Shown here: in pieces, positions 24,096 to 37,483 of the stretch
Layout of the letters: the number at the start of each line of letters is the position of its first letter
Numbering within the stretch: the first letter of the stretch is position 1
Source: Carcharhinus longimanus
Lineage: Eukaryota
Length of the DNA: 64,000 nt
NCBI GenBank assembly: GCA_030264375.1
Contig: JASCQW010000043.1
Coordinates: 65,275,986-65,339,985 of the forward strand
Direction of reading: 5' to 3'
Notes under the pieces: generated by a model
What the model saw: the letters and a program-made list of their open reading frames with translations, nothing else
Database searches by the model: none
What the model was told of the DNA's origin: nothing
Made by a program: the position numbers and the translations under genes

Positions 24096-25007
24096 CAGAA
24101 ATACAGACGCACACTATCAAACATCAAACAACTGAATAGTACACTAAAGACCTTTCTAATCAAGGAACCTAACTGATTTATAATGTCTTGATTCTTGTTG
24201 CATTTTTGTTTTAAATATCAAGATTTTTTCCTGCTGTCTACCTCAATTCCTAGAACTTGTTAAATTTTAACCAGAGTCCCATCTTTTTACTATTTCAGAT
24301 CCTATGCAATCTGTTCTCAATTATCCATTAGACATTTAACGCTTTGAATTTCACTGTACACATTGCAGCACTACAAACTCAGTCATAATATATGAAATAT
24401 CCCTTAAATCATCTGCCATACTCTGATTCTCAAAATGGGCTAAATCAATGATGAGTGGCTTAACAAATCTATTTAGGCTTGCATTGACTCTCCATGTGGA
24501 GAATGTGGCCAAATATTTTACACCAACTTTACTCTGAAGGGTCTTAAATTCTCATAAATTTTGTAGGTGGCTGAACATTTTGTTATGTCCAATAAAGGCT
24601 TGTGCTGTTCACAACTTCAAATATGGATGGCATTGAATGGATTTACAAAAAGAAAAGCCACCCATGGGTTGATACCTACTATTCTTTGTGATTTACCCAA
24701 AACTCAAAATTTATAGACTTCTAAGCCCATTGTATCCAAGCTCGATATCCAACAAAGGAAAACTATAGAAATTAGTTAATCACAAATAGGTATGAATGGC
24801 CATCATCTATCTCTCATTGTGTAACACAGTCTGTCCAAGTTCAGATTGGGTAATTAGTTATTCACATGCCGATCATGAGCATCTTCCACCTCCCTCTATT
24901 TTCAAGCATGCACTTCATACACCTGTGAACATCAATGATTAATGATTGTGGAGGATTGTCCACACTTGTCTGCCAATAGCAATTCTTAATTATTCCTCAT
25001 TATATTC

Positions 25008-25237
25008 ACAGAATCCCTACAGTACAGAAGAAGTCTACCTGGCCCATTGAGTCTGCACCAACTCTTACCTATTCCTACCCTGTAACCTCACATATTTAGC
25101 CCACTAAATGGCCAATTCACCTAATTTGCACATCTTTGGACAGTGGGAGGAAATCCACGCAGACATGGAGAGAACATTTGAACCCAGATCTCTGGCGCTG
25201 TGAGGCAGCAGTGCTAACCAGTGTGCCACCATGCTGA
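25008..25237 (-). mobile_element. HE1-type V-SINE with internal deletions
   Basis: CAGAATCCCTACAGTACAGAAG tail; GAGGCAGCAGTGCTAACCAGTGTGCCACC head. Confidence 0.8.
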
Positions 25238-25299
25238 CCCTTGATGATGAAGAATTCAGGTTCAGAATAGTCATGCATATTCATTTAATTTGTGCTGCT

Positions 25300-25556
25300 C
25301 AGTCTGTGGGCCGATAATCTGCATTGCAGAATTAGGTGATCTTCTCTGGTTTACTCCCACATTCCAAAGATAGAAAGGTTAGATGAATTCGCCATGCTAA
25401 ATTGCTCCTTAGTGCCCAAAGATGATAGGTAAATAAGTGAGATTATGGGGATAGGACAAGGAAGTAGGGCTTGGGTAGAATGCTCTTTCAGAGGATTGGT
25501 GCAGAATCAATGGGCCGAATTGGCCTCCTTCGGCACTGTAGGAATTCTTTGCTTCT
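25300..25556 (+). mobile_element. HE1-type V-SINE 3' part
   Basis: CCATGCTAAATTGCTCCTTAGTG..GGGCCGAATTGGCCTCCTTCGGCACTGTAGG. Confidence 0.75.
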
Positions 25557-25830
25557 ATGGTTCAAAAGGTGAGGGTGACTGACCTTGACATCAAGGCAAT
25601 ATTTGATTCAATGTGGCATGAAGAAACCTTAGCAAAACTGAAGTTAACGAGAATCAGGCAGAAAGCTCTCCTCTGCTTGGAATCATGCCAAGGACAAAGG
25701 AAGATGGTTGTGGTTGTTGGAGGTCAAACATCTCAGTCACAGGGCATCACTGCAGGACTTCCTTAGGGTGGTGTCCTAGGCCTAACTGCTTCATTAAGAA
25801 CCTTTCTTCCATCATAAGGACATTAATGAA
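25557..25830 (+). mobile_element. LINE reverse transcriptase fragment (CR1/L2 group)
   Basis: DLDIKAIFDSMWH..QRKMVVVVGGQTS..ITAGLP*GGVLG (LDxxKAFD and GVPQGSVLG motifs). Confidence 0.8.
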
Positions 25831-25889
25831 GATGTGTATAGCATGGTAAATTCACCTAACCTATACATCTTTGGAATGTAGGAGTAAAC

Positions 25890-26030
25890 CATAAGCTCAT
25901 AAGAACTACGAGCAGGCTACGCAATTCAGCCCCTCGAGTCTGCTCCACCATTTAATATGATCATGGCTGATCTTTCCTTGGCCGCAACTCCACTTCCCGT
26001 CTGTTCCTCACAACTCTTCATCCTGCTACT
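25890..26030 (-). mobile_element. CR1 LINE 3' tail
   Basis: CATAAGAA..CAGCCCCTCGAGTCTGCTCCACCATTTAATATGATCATGGCTGATC. Confidence 0.7.
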
Positions 26031-26039
26031 AATTGTGCA

Positions 26040-26200
26040 ATGTTCACATCTGGCCTGCCAAATATTCCACCTGCCATATATGTTGAAAGGTAGACACTAG
26101 AATGTGTTGCGCACTTCCCTTAACTTGGCAGTCACCTCTCTCAAAAAGTCAGTAGTGATGAGTGGAATTATCACTGGATCAGCTGTCCAGCAGAGCCTTT
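26040..26200 (+). mobile_element. RTE-clade LINE fragment
   Basis: Reads LECVAHFP*LGSHLSQK, resembling the RTE/BovB-type V.HFPYLGS motif. Confidence 0.55.
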
Positions 26201-27594
26201 GACTATTGGATTGTTAAGATGATAAATTGAGATTACTGAGACTTTGAGCTGCTTGGCAACAGTTTATCCTTGCAGAAAATATATCACTAACACCTGAATG
26301 TTATCTGTGGACTGTTATTGCATAAATTATCCAAAGAGTTTAGTGCATCACAACTCAAGTGATCATCTCCAGAATTTCATAAGTCTATTATTTCGACCTG
26401 TGATTTATCTACCCAAAAATTAAGTTATGCCAATATGTGGATTTGCAGCAAAGAGAACTGTTCAGCGCAGTAACGAGCCATATATCTGCAACAGCCAGTT
26501 TGGCACTGAACAAGTATTGTAGGCTACAATTAGACTAAAAATGGCAAAAAATAGTTGAAGCAGGAGCACTGTTCCATGATCATAAATCTAAGCTAATCAA
26601 AATGTCTTCAGTTCAGTCTAGCCAGGACATAACTGAACTCTGCTTGCCTCATTATTGACTAGGATTATACTGCTTTGAAAAATGGCAAAATTCCCACTCT
26701 TGGAGCTGGAAATTTCCCTTTCCTGTTGAGCAAATAAACAGAAATCTGGAGGAAAGAAAATGATATGCGGTCTGTACTTCAGGTGCTGCGGTTCTGTTTA
26801 TGGTATACGCAGCCTCCAGTGAATTAAACTTTTGCGATGATAGCACAGTGCTTGGCATTTTCTGTAATATTTTTAATGGGGAAAGTAATCATTATTCAAG
26901 TATCGCTCACACATAAAATATAGAAAAGTATTACACTTCAGAATATCATTTGAAAGAACTTTGATTTCATGCATGAGTTAACGAATGTGGGCATAATGAA
27001 TTCTAATTTATTTATATCTTCGAAAATGCATTTGTTATAAACTCATGATGCAAATATACTTTTGTAGGACACACATATAATGGCATTTTTTTTTTGTCCC
27101 TAACCACATACCCACTCCCTGCCACAACCCCACTCCATCCCATTTGGTGTATTTAATTTGTCGAACAGTGCTGCCTGGGGCCAAAGTTTAAGGCAAAGCA
27201 GAACAATGAGGCAGAACTATTGAAACATGTGAAATGTTCATAAACCAGTTCCCTCTGGGGTGATTTCAATATCATTCAGTAATAAATGATTTCTCTCTCA
27301 CATCTATCCTGCAAACAGCCTCTCTGCGCATTATAACTTTCCTTGCCTGTTTCTCTATTTCATTGAGAATACTATGATCATTGCTCTCGTCTCAAAACTC
27401 ATCATTCAATTCCAGAATTAGGATTTACCTTGCCAACTTTCCATCTTCTGTCTTTCCTTCATCTTATACACTTCAGAACTTTGAAATCCAAGCTCAGTGC
27501 TTCCTAATCACTACTTCCACATTTACCTTATCTCTTTTATTGTTTGTGGGACATAAACCTGTTCCCTGTACCATACTCTTTGACCCATCCCCAA

Positions 27595-28180
27595 AAAGAA
27601 AATCTCAACAGGTCTGGCAGCATCTGTAAGGAGAGAAAAGAGCTGATGCTTTGAGTCCAAATAACCCTTTGTCAAAGCTAAAAGGCATAGAAAGTGGGAG
27701 ATGAAGATGCGGGGGTGAGAGGGGATGGGTGGGAGAGAAGTAAAATTGAGAAAAGCAGGACAAAAGGGGGGAACAGGTAAAGAAAGGGGGGAATAAAATA
27801 GGAGGATGTATGAGGGGAAGAAAAATAAAGAAAGACAATAAAGAATTAAAAGGTAGAGAACTATATCTTCATCTGTCACAATTTACCCTCTGATTTCAGA
27901 TTCTCTGCTGTTTAGCCAAAAACAACTTTTATTCTCTCTATGGATTGCTTTTGGCAGCCTTTCCCTTGATTTTGTGGCTATGACTCATCTTTGATTCCCT
28001 CACCCTATAGTATAAATATCTTCCACTTTCTATGCCTTTTAGCTTTGACAAAGAGTCATCTGGACTCAAAACGTCAGCTCTTTTCTCTCTTTACAGATGC
28101 TGTCAGATCTGCTGAGGTTTTCCAGCATTTTCTCTTTTGGTTTCAGATTCCAGCATCCGCAGTAATTAGTCTTTATCCAC
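27595..28180. mobile_element. Penelope-like non-autonomous element with inverted pseudo-LTR arms
   Basis: Arms of ~105 bp at ~27597-27702 and ~28018-28121 are reverse complements; each carries a hammerhead-like motif. Confidence 0.8.
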
Positions 28181-28269
28181 TTTGACCGTTCACCTTGGTA
28201 ATAAATTCTGGTTGACAAATTCATCAGACTGCTTTGAGGCTATAGCAAGTAGGATGGATAAAGGAGATC

Positions 28270-29538
28270 CTGTAGGTGGAGAATGAAATTCTCCCATCCA
28301 ACCCACAGCAGGTTTGCTGGTGGGCAGAGGTGGAGAATCTAGCAGGAGCCGAGAAACCGGAAACATGCCAGTGAAAATCATGCTCCCAATGGTGGGTTAA
28401 TGGCGGGTTGCTCTTCCTGGTAGTTATGCAAATGTCATTTGCATTTACTTGTATGTCATGAGTGCTTATTGAAACAGCTGCGCACTGGCATCTTGTCAAG
28501 ACGTTGCGTCATGCCAAAGTGAAATTACTTTGCTCTAAAACCTGATGGATAAAGTATGTATTGCACAAAGTGGTCCTCAGTTTGCCAGAGACTTTGGAAT
28601 AAGTGCAGTAAAGTTTTTCTGCCATTGTGCTGTACTGTATGCCTGGGACAGATTGGTTCCTGCTCTCTATATCCATGCCAAGTTGGTCTTCAAGGAAAGC
28701 ATTGTGCTGCTGAACCCATAGACCCTCCGGCATCACCAAGCCAGATCAGCAGTGTGCCTGCGGTCTCCTTTCTCTGATGCTTCACACCAGCAACTATCCC
28801 AAAAGCATTGTGTTGCGGGATTCATGAAGCCACTGCAACAAAGATCTGAGGTTTGACTGGGCATGGAGCACAAGGTGAGGCCAGGGATGAGGTGGCGGGG
28901 AGGGAATGGGGGTGGCCACGATGAAAGCAAGGGGGCCAATGTGGAAGGATGGCTGTGCAAGGTGGGAGGTGGGAGGGGGAAACGAGGGCTCATGATGGCA
29001 GGCAGAGGGCCAAGGATGTGGATGAAAAAAAAACAAATGCTAGAAGAAGAGGGAGAGAAGTTAGACCCCAAAAAGCCTACATGAAAAGCTCGCAAACATG
29101 GTGCTCAAAGGGACATTGTTTACTGGAACGAGATGCGCAAAGAAACTCGATGCAGTCAGTAGAGATACATGTGGGGCATAGATGCCTCATGAAGAAGGGC
29201 TCAAGGGAATGTGGGTGTATCAAGGAACAGACTTTCTCTTGAAGCTGCTAACCATTTCCCTTTGGATTGCTGATGTGATCTGGTGAAGACAAGTGGGCTG
29301 GACAGAGTGATTTGAGTCTACTAAACTGGCAATCAAATATAGCACTGGGATCTTTGAGCCTGCAAGCTGACGGCAGACAGATTAATCAGTTGCCAGCCTG
29401 CAATGTGATTCGGAGGGGAACCCAACTGTGCCTAATTAATTAGATTTCAATAATTTGGTGCAGGATCCTACTATTCTGGCCAATGGGAAAGAACTGTGCG
29501 CCATTGTACTTAGTCTCAAAAATTAAGAATTCTGCCCA
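28270..29538. mobile_element. Probable Harbinger-derived non-autonomous element
   Basis: Right end GAATTCTGCCC; Myb/SANT-like relic 'PFSDAS' near 28765; left boundary uncertain. Confidence 0.45.
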
Positions 29539-29544
29539 TTATGT

Positions 29545-29650
29545 AGTTAGTTTTCCAGAAGGCATTTGATAAGGAGCTACAGAGATATTGCACAAAATAA
29601 GACCTCAAGGTGTTTGGGACAATATGAATAATGTATCAGCTAACAAACTG
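29545..29650 (+). mobile_element. CR1 reverse transcriptase fragment
   Basis: FQKAFDK..LHKIR motif. Confidence 0.6.
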
Positions 29651-32600
29651 GGAGGGGGAGGTCCTGTTTTTGCCAGGAAGGGAACAGGGGCATGATTTGA
29701 CTCACACATGGGGAAAACTCAGCACAGCCATTTGAACACTCTCCATTATATTCCTCCAAACAAAATTGCAAGGCCTACGATTAATGCCAAGTCTTTGCTA
29801 AATCAGCTGACGTGAAATAGGATGGTAGGGGCTTCTTAACTGGTATTAATGCTCTCAGATGTGAAGGAGAAATAACTGGAATCACTTCTAAGTCCTATTC
29901 ACTGCCGTGTGAGCCCCATTGCAAGTGAACGTTGGGCTCAGTCGTCTGGTCCTACGGCCAAAGAGCCTGTAATATTTACGAACTGGCCTCCCGCATAAAG
30001 AGTTTGGTTGAGGTGGGGCCATCTCCACCTCAGAACCACCATCCTACACATCAACCCTATCCCTTTGCCTTCAACCCCAGGATAGGTCACTGAATTCTAC
30101 AAGGAACAAGAGGAAATTAGATGAAAATAAAACAAAGTTTTCTTTCTAAGGCAGTAAATAACATAGACTATAATCACTTAGGAAAATGATTGTTACCTTT
30201 ATATGTTGTTTAATATGGCAAATTAACTTATTCAAGAATCAAAGTACTCATTTTGAAACACAGATGCCACACTATAAAAAAAATTGATGAAACGTAAATG
30301 ATTTGGCAAATCTTTAACAATTTATAGCCTAACTCCTAAGGTATGCTTGTGATCATATTTTGATATCTATTGTTTTTACAAGTGGTGTTAGAAACCTTGT
30401 TAGGTTCTCTCTCTTGTCTCCTGGAACTATTTTTCTGCTCGCAGAAAGTATCATCCTGGCTGTTGGCAGTGAGTGTGCTCCATGTTATTGATTATAGTTC
30501 TGTATGTTTTTCAAGGACATCACTGTTTGCACAGAATCCCTCAAGTTTCTTGAAGGAAAAACCTCAAGCGAATTTCATCAAAATCTCCTAAAATTTTCTA
30601 TAGCATTTATCATAGAACCTTCCTGACTTTGTGGAATGTCAAGATTTCTGTGTGAAGAAATGTGGCTTAGGAGAACAAAGCAGCCCTATTAATAATTCAC
30701 AATTAAAAATATTCACTGAAAATTTATTGGTGATGATCTAAAATAGAATAATGTTAAGTAACAATTAATATACTTAACTATGTGGTATATATATTTTTAA
30801 TGAAATGATAATAAATTATTTCAAATTGCTGTAATAAGCACAATTCACCTTAGAAAGAAAATCAGCTTATTGGACTTTATTATCAATATGTATGTATCAG
30901 TACCATTCAATCGAATAAGTTCCAGTATCACCTCTGGCTTAACCACACTAATAACATTGCACCACCCTAACTATGTAATACACAAGCCATCATCGATCAT
31001 TATTGTTCCCAATAACAATGGAAAACAAAGATTGAAGCAATAATCTGATCATAGTTTTTTTTAATATTTGTGTATATTTTAATGAATTGCGACCTCTGGA
31101 CCACGTGTTGTGGCAATAATACAGCCCAAGTTTAAGATTATGTTGGTTAAACCTTTAAGCTTATATTCATGTTTGTTGAGTATTTTCAGCCCTTAAATGC
31201 TTGACACTCTTGTAGAAAATTCCAGAATATATCATGCTTTAAGTAATGCTTTTCATATATTGAAAAAGCTGCAGCTGCATCACCATCAAAGTCTAATTGC
31301 CAGTATGTTTTTGTCCAAATGATTTCTCCAGTCTTCTTAATCATAAAGATGGCAAACAATTCCGTGACATCACCCCATTCCTGATTCCCAGTTAAACGTA
31401 ATGCAGTAGCATTCCTGCACTGATTGCATATTGAGTGCTAGGGTAAAACACATTAATGTCAGCACTATTCATGTGGCATCCAGGAGATTGAGAACGAAAG
31501 GGAATGCCAATGCTACATTATCCTGGCCCACCTCTGAGTTGTGCTATCATCTGTGGTCCTTCATAGTGCTGTTTCCCAAATTCTGCCAGGCCTCTGGAGA
31601 AGGCTACCAAGTCAGGAGAGTGTAAATCCCCCCCCAAGGAAAGAAGGAGACCAGATCAGTAAGTCGTCAGGAGGCTGTTCACATGCATCCACTAACAATA
31701 ATTATGAAGTGTAAATTAAGTCGTACAAAAGAACAAAATAAATAATAACTAAATGTCAATGACCCCAGTGAATAATTTGTAGTGCATTCAGTGCAGTCCC
31801 TTCAAGGGTTTCTCATACATCAGTGCCACATTTTAATGTCTTACTTAGGTTGAAGTTCAGCTGAGAAGAGACATCAGTGTTGAGTCAGTTAAGCATACGT
31901 TTTCTTAGCACGGCATCTTCTCTCACTATTGTAACAATGACATTTCACAAGGAAGGTTCGGGTACTTAAAATCAGTTGTTATTCACACTTAGGAAATTGT
32001 CTATGCCATAAAGCTGGAGCTGTTTCCTTAAATTATTGATTCGCCTAAAGAGTGATCCACGTGATAGATTAGTCAGCAGCACTTTACTGAAATTACAGCT
32101 GCTAACCTCAGATACTTCTTCTTGCTTCTGACTAATCTGATACATCTCTATTTACAATTGACTTGATTGCATACGCCTAGACTGGGGTACACAGTAGAAA
32201 AACCTAAAGCTTCCAATTTAACAGTTCTTTCAAAATAAAGTATCCTTGTGTAGATGTAAACATGTTGTGAAATTACTGTTGCTTCTTAACGGCAAAACTG
32301 ACAATCTTTTGTATGTCTTATTTGTTTCGACTTCCCCTGTGAAGAAATGTAACCACTAAAGTGTTTGCCTCCACACCATACAGAACATTCCTGAATGTAA
32401 CTTGGTTGTTAACTATGCAAATTCAGTGACATTTAAAATGCTGCCGATGACAGCAGGATTTTTAGGCACCATCTTTATTCACTTATTTATGCATTCATAG
32501 ATTCCAGCATTTTACAGAACCAATACAAGGAACTTTAACTTAAGACTACCCTGTTTAAATGTAATTGTTAATAAATACCTCCCCTGTTGTAAAGTACACC

Positions 32601-34449
32601 AGATATTATCTCTCACAAAAAGGAAAAATTTTATCATATTATAAACATGTATATATAATATCTGTGTGTTTTCCAGTATTTACATGCGTGCAAGCTATTT
32701 AAATTATGGTGCATATATGATTTGCTATTTTATGCACTCACTGCACTGGATGCTACAAGTTTGGCCTGAGCATTCTTTAACTGTGCTGGATTTACTGATC
32801 TGACAAAGGCTAATTTTTATTTTATTTTCCAGTTTACTGACTGCATTTAGGAAGCAAGATCTCTGCAGATGTGCAAATAATGTGATGACCATGTTCCTGT
32901 CACAGCAATTGAATCATCAAATAACTCTCAGCAGGGTAGTGCACATGAGTCCCAGCCTATTTGCTTCCTTCTAAACGGTTTAATTATCAATCAGACGGTG
33001 TATCAGTTAAGTCAAACATTGATATTCAGGAGGCAGTTGTAAATTATGGTAATAAAAAGTCCCTCGGAAGAGAAACCCGAGAAACCATACATTTTATCAA
33101 CAAACTACAGTCTCAATGTCATTCACTGAGATACAGGAAATTGAAATGTCTTGATTTCTCTAGTAGCTGTGACTCAGTGAGGTGTAGGTATGCTGTTTGA
33201 TCGGCATTTTCTTTGATAACACCGGCTTCATTGTAGATGACAATACTGACTAAATTACAGCTATTGAAAATTGTAACTGTAAATAGAAACCTTTCAGGGT
33301 ACTGGAAACAAAAGTCAATTTATCTGTTCCTTTTGCTTTGCGTCATCGATTTTATGGCAAATGTGATGTGTTAGTTGCAATTCATCAGAAAGTCATATAT
33401 AAATAGAATTGAAATATAGTAATGTTTATTAAACTCCACAGCTAGGATTTTCCACCCCCATTCGCCATGGGCATTGGTAGCAACAGGGGCACAAACTACC
33501 ACAGGAATTCAAAGGCAACATTTTCACCACTGTAATTTCCCAAAGAGATTGTTCCCACCATTCCCCCTCACCTACAACAGGGTACTTGAACCCCACTTGT
33601 TTTCATTTGAATATCATTAGCATCCTCTCCACAGCAATTCCAACTCACCCCTCCACATTGAAAATTCTGCCCACGGTGGCATGACATTACGTCAGAGCCT
33701 TTCACAACAGCTGGCACAAAATGACAAACTGGCAAATTCACCTTTGAAGTAAGCATGCAGTTTACCATGGGCCATTGATGAGTGTCAGGTGAGAAACGGC
33801 ACACTAAAGGTTGAGGGGAGCCAGCTATAGGACATGGTTCAACGGGTGGGGGGGTGTAGTTTTCAGCCTCAAGAAGGCATTGCTGCTTGGAGTTCAGCCT
33901 CCAATAGGGAGTGGGTCTTTGGATAGTGAGGGGGCTCTATATTGAGGAAGCACTGAGCTTTGGGATCATTGGGGCTTGTGAGGGGTGGGGGCACAGCCAG
34001 CCTGCAAAACTTGGTGGTGGGGGGAAGGAACAACCAGCAAGGCTGCTCAGGCGGAGGATGTTGGATAGTGTGGTCAGGGGTCTAGATCGGTGTTGACCTG
34101 ACAGAGAATTTCATTCCGAGGGGGAGGAGACACGGGGGGGGATGGGGGGGGTGCAGTGGCATGGGAGGGAAGGGGCAACAGCCTCGCTGAGCTATGGGGG
34201 AATTAGATGGCCTCTGAAGTGGGGGGAAGGACTCATTGTGGAAAGGGGAAGAAAGCTAAATGTAAATCTTAACCTTTCAAAAACTGTAATCTTCGGTTAC
34301 AATGCATCTTCTGCTTTCTTGATGGGACCTGATACTGGGAAGGAAAGGCTGGGCTAGTTATTTGGGTGGCAGATAGTAGACACAGCCTGAAGTATCCAGT
34401 TAGATGGAAAGGCTTTTGCACATCAGATCAGTGATGCATTTGTCCATTA

Positions 34450-34770
34450 ATATTTCTTCAGTCAATTATGCCCACTTACTCACCACTGATGTGTATGAGT
34501 GCTGCTGAGTACCAATCATCAGTTAACACTTTGAGCATTGACCACCCCAGTCTATGAGTGTCATGGATTCCCTGAATTATCTGAGAAGGCAGGCACGCAC
34601 ACACACTCCTCCACAGAGGATAAGGGTAAAAACACCTCAGCAGGGTACCTGATCTATCAGATGTGGGGGCTCTGGTGTCCATACAAAGCCCTCCCCTTCT
34701 TAACTTCTTGACAGAATAGAGCACAGGGCCTTACAGTGAACCATGGGGCAAATGCCTGCACCTTACATGA
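34450..34770 (-). pseudogene. Harbinger Myb/SANT-like accessory ORF relic
   Basis: AFAPWFT...QEVKKGRALY and VVNAQSV, resembling the APRFS..QEVxRRRxxLY N-terminus; heavily degenerate. Confidence 0.4.
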
Positions 34771-34929
34771 GAGCTCAGGAGATAGGAGGGTTTCCAAAGC
34801 TGTGGCCAGCTCAGTCAGGCTGCATGGGGAAATGGTGGCACAGAGTCCATTTCAGGACACTATAAGGGAAAGGTTCTCAATGTGTTGGGCAACACAGTAA
34901 TCAATGACCAGAGAGTCTTCTCTCCTCTC

Positions 34930-35420
34930 TAAGACCCGGTGTCTACAGACAGCACTCGACCTTCCTTGAAATGAACAATATTCAAGGACAGTGAAGACTT
35001 CACCCGTCCAAGGACATGGTGGCTCATCTGGGCAAGCTCCTTGAAAGTTTGATGCCACACAGACTTGGAGGGCATCCACTGTCTGTTGCTTTGTTAGTCA
35101 CAGCTGCCCTGAACTCTTATGCAACTAATTTCCTTCAAGACTCCACCTTTGTGGCATCTTGCAGGCCTCCACTCAGAAGTGCATCAAAGAGGGGACAGAT
35201 ACACTTTCCAGAAGGACTCATAACTACATGCATTTCAGCTAGGACCATGTGAACCAGGACGTCAGAGCCATGGGATGATCCAGATATTATGCTTTCTGCC
35301 ATGGCTCTCTGATCCCCATGGCAGCAAGGGTTTCCCTTTAACAGCAAGTGCTTCAATCCCTAAATGTTCGGTTAGTCTGCAACCACACAAGGTGCATCCT
35401 CCAGGTGGATGACGAAGAGG
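34930..35420 (+). pseudogene. Harbinger (HARBI1-like DDE_Tnp_4) transposase N-terminal relic
   Basis: VYRQHSTFLEM..MVAHLGKLLESLMPHRLGGHPLSVALLVTAALNSYATNFLQ, later SLNVRLVCNHTRCILQV; stops and frameshifts. Confidence 0.8.
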
Positions 35421-37272
35421 ACATCCTAGAGGGAGCAAATGAAAATACCAGGCAATGGCGATGCTCGGATGCACTGATAAATTTCTGTTTCATGGATGGC
35501 GATTAGGGCCTAAGGGAATGTTCTGTCATCCTGAAGTCCCTTCCATGTTCTCAGCTGTCCTGTCTGACTGCTGGCAGTGCACACTCTCACTGATGTGGCT
35601 AATGTCATGGGAAGGGAACGGTTGCCTATAGTCTCTATGATGATGACTTGCAGTGTAGACAATGCATTATCCCTCAAAGAGCTACTGTGAAGGTTTCATT
35701 CCAGTCTTACTGAAGTAACTCATGAACTCTCAGTTACCAGAATCAGATAATAACAATGTCGCATGGGCTGTTTAATCTGTTCTGATCTAAGATCCTCCTT
35801 AATTAGGTGTGCCTCTCAGATTCACTGCCATCGGGTGCAGATGCACACTTTTCATAAAGGTCTAGCAGTTGGGTTTCATGTGCTGAGATCAGTCATTTGC
35901 AATGACTGGGTTGAGAGGTGGCTCTGACCATAGTGGGGACATCCTCATTACCAAGATGACACTGGCTTAATGGATGTGTTCTGCTGCTATGATGGAATGC
36001 CAACCAATGAGCTGGCAGCCTTGCAGAGAGCAGATGGAGGAGGTTCTGGAGTGAGCATCCAGCCTTTCAACGGAACATAGATGCTGTTGTCTCAGTGGCA
36101 CTACATGAAGAAATCTAATGAGAGCTGGGAGCCATAGAGAGCTTGTAATGAATAAGATTTATTTCATTTACAGGAGTAGTTGCTAACTTACATAATGGTT
36201 ACTATCTACAAGTGCTTAACATCTGTGTCCATGCTGTGCAATTAAATCTTGTTAATTTTTCAAACCCTACCAATACAGTATATCCCCAGGATCCACAGTA
36301 GAGATGGAGGCATCCTATTATCCGCTGTGACCTGTTGTCTCTGATGACAGTAGTGGGTGTCCTCCGGAGAACTGAGACCTAGCGGGTCCCAGACTAGTTT
36401 TGGGGTGCTTCCATGTGGTAGTGCTACCCTCCTCAGCTTGTGGGGCTGGATAATTTTTGGTCAAAGGGGAGTGTCAAATGGGCTGGACATTCCCAGAGTC
36501 TCCTGGATGGAAGGCCCCAAGCAATGCACCAGCTTCTCCTCCTCCCCCTGGATGCTTGAGAGCTCCTGACTTCCTCCTTGTGACAGAGGGGCAGCTAGAG
36601 TGAAGTCAGGAAGCCCCCCTGGCCTCTGGCACAAGCATTCACAGATGCCCATTAGCACCTGAACTGTGGAGTGCATGCCCTGCATCATGGAGCTCCTAAA
36701 ACTACAGCGTGAAAACCCACTGCTGGCGGGTTAGACACTGCTTTAACCACCTGGAGCCGCACTTAGCCAAAAATTGGGAAAATTCCATCCTATAGCTAAT
36801 TTATAATAGATCTCTTTTCATAAAGCATTGCTTATTGCATTCTTTTCATTTCCCAGCAATAGTCTTCATGAAACTAATGTAAAAATCAAAATGTTGGGAA
36901 TAAGACGGGCTCAAAAAGAATTAATTTAACTGGCCAAAGTCCCAAGTCCAAAATATACTTGAAAGATGTCCCATTCAATGTCAGGGTGGCCCATTCGGCT
37001 GCCTAAAAGAGGTTAGATGGCTTATAGATAAGGAGCAAAATGCCTGCTTAAACCCCTTCTATAAAATTAGTGCAGATTGAGAAAGCAGGCCACTTCTGCT
37101 CAGAATTCTTCATTGTGGTGCAGCATTAGCAGTGTCAGGCAACAAAAAAAAATGTTCTTTTAAAATGTTTTTCAATCATTGCTGTAGAACCAGGAACAGA
37201 AATAATGCTTCCCATTCCACAGAATTCCCAAATGGCCCAACATGTTCTTGCCATTTCTGGTGGGATGGGGTC

Positions 37273-37483
37273 TTTCACTAATGTCCTTTATATCCTGCAT
37301 GGAAGGAAATCTGCCACCCTTACCTGGTCTGGCTGAAGCGTGACTCCAAATCCACAATAATGAGGTTGACTCTTAAATGCCCTCTGAAATGACCAAGCCA
37401 ACCATTCAGTTCAAGGACAATTAGAGGTGGACAACAAATGCTGGCTTTGTTAGTGATGCTCACATCCCACAAAATAGATAAAA
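37273..37483 (+). mobile_element. 3' part of the tRNA-derived SINE family at 14812
   Basis: TCACTAATGTCCTT..GGAAGGAAATCTGCC..GTGACTCCA..AAATGCTGGC..CACATCCCA. Confidence 0.78.

Larger units (their letters stand above)
33441..36790. mobile_element. Decayed PIF/Harbinger transposon, boundaries approximate
   Basis: Termini GCTAGGATTTTCC / GGGAAAATTCCATCC enclose transposase and Myb-like relics. Confidence 0.55.
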
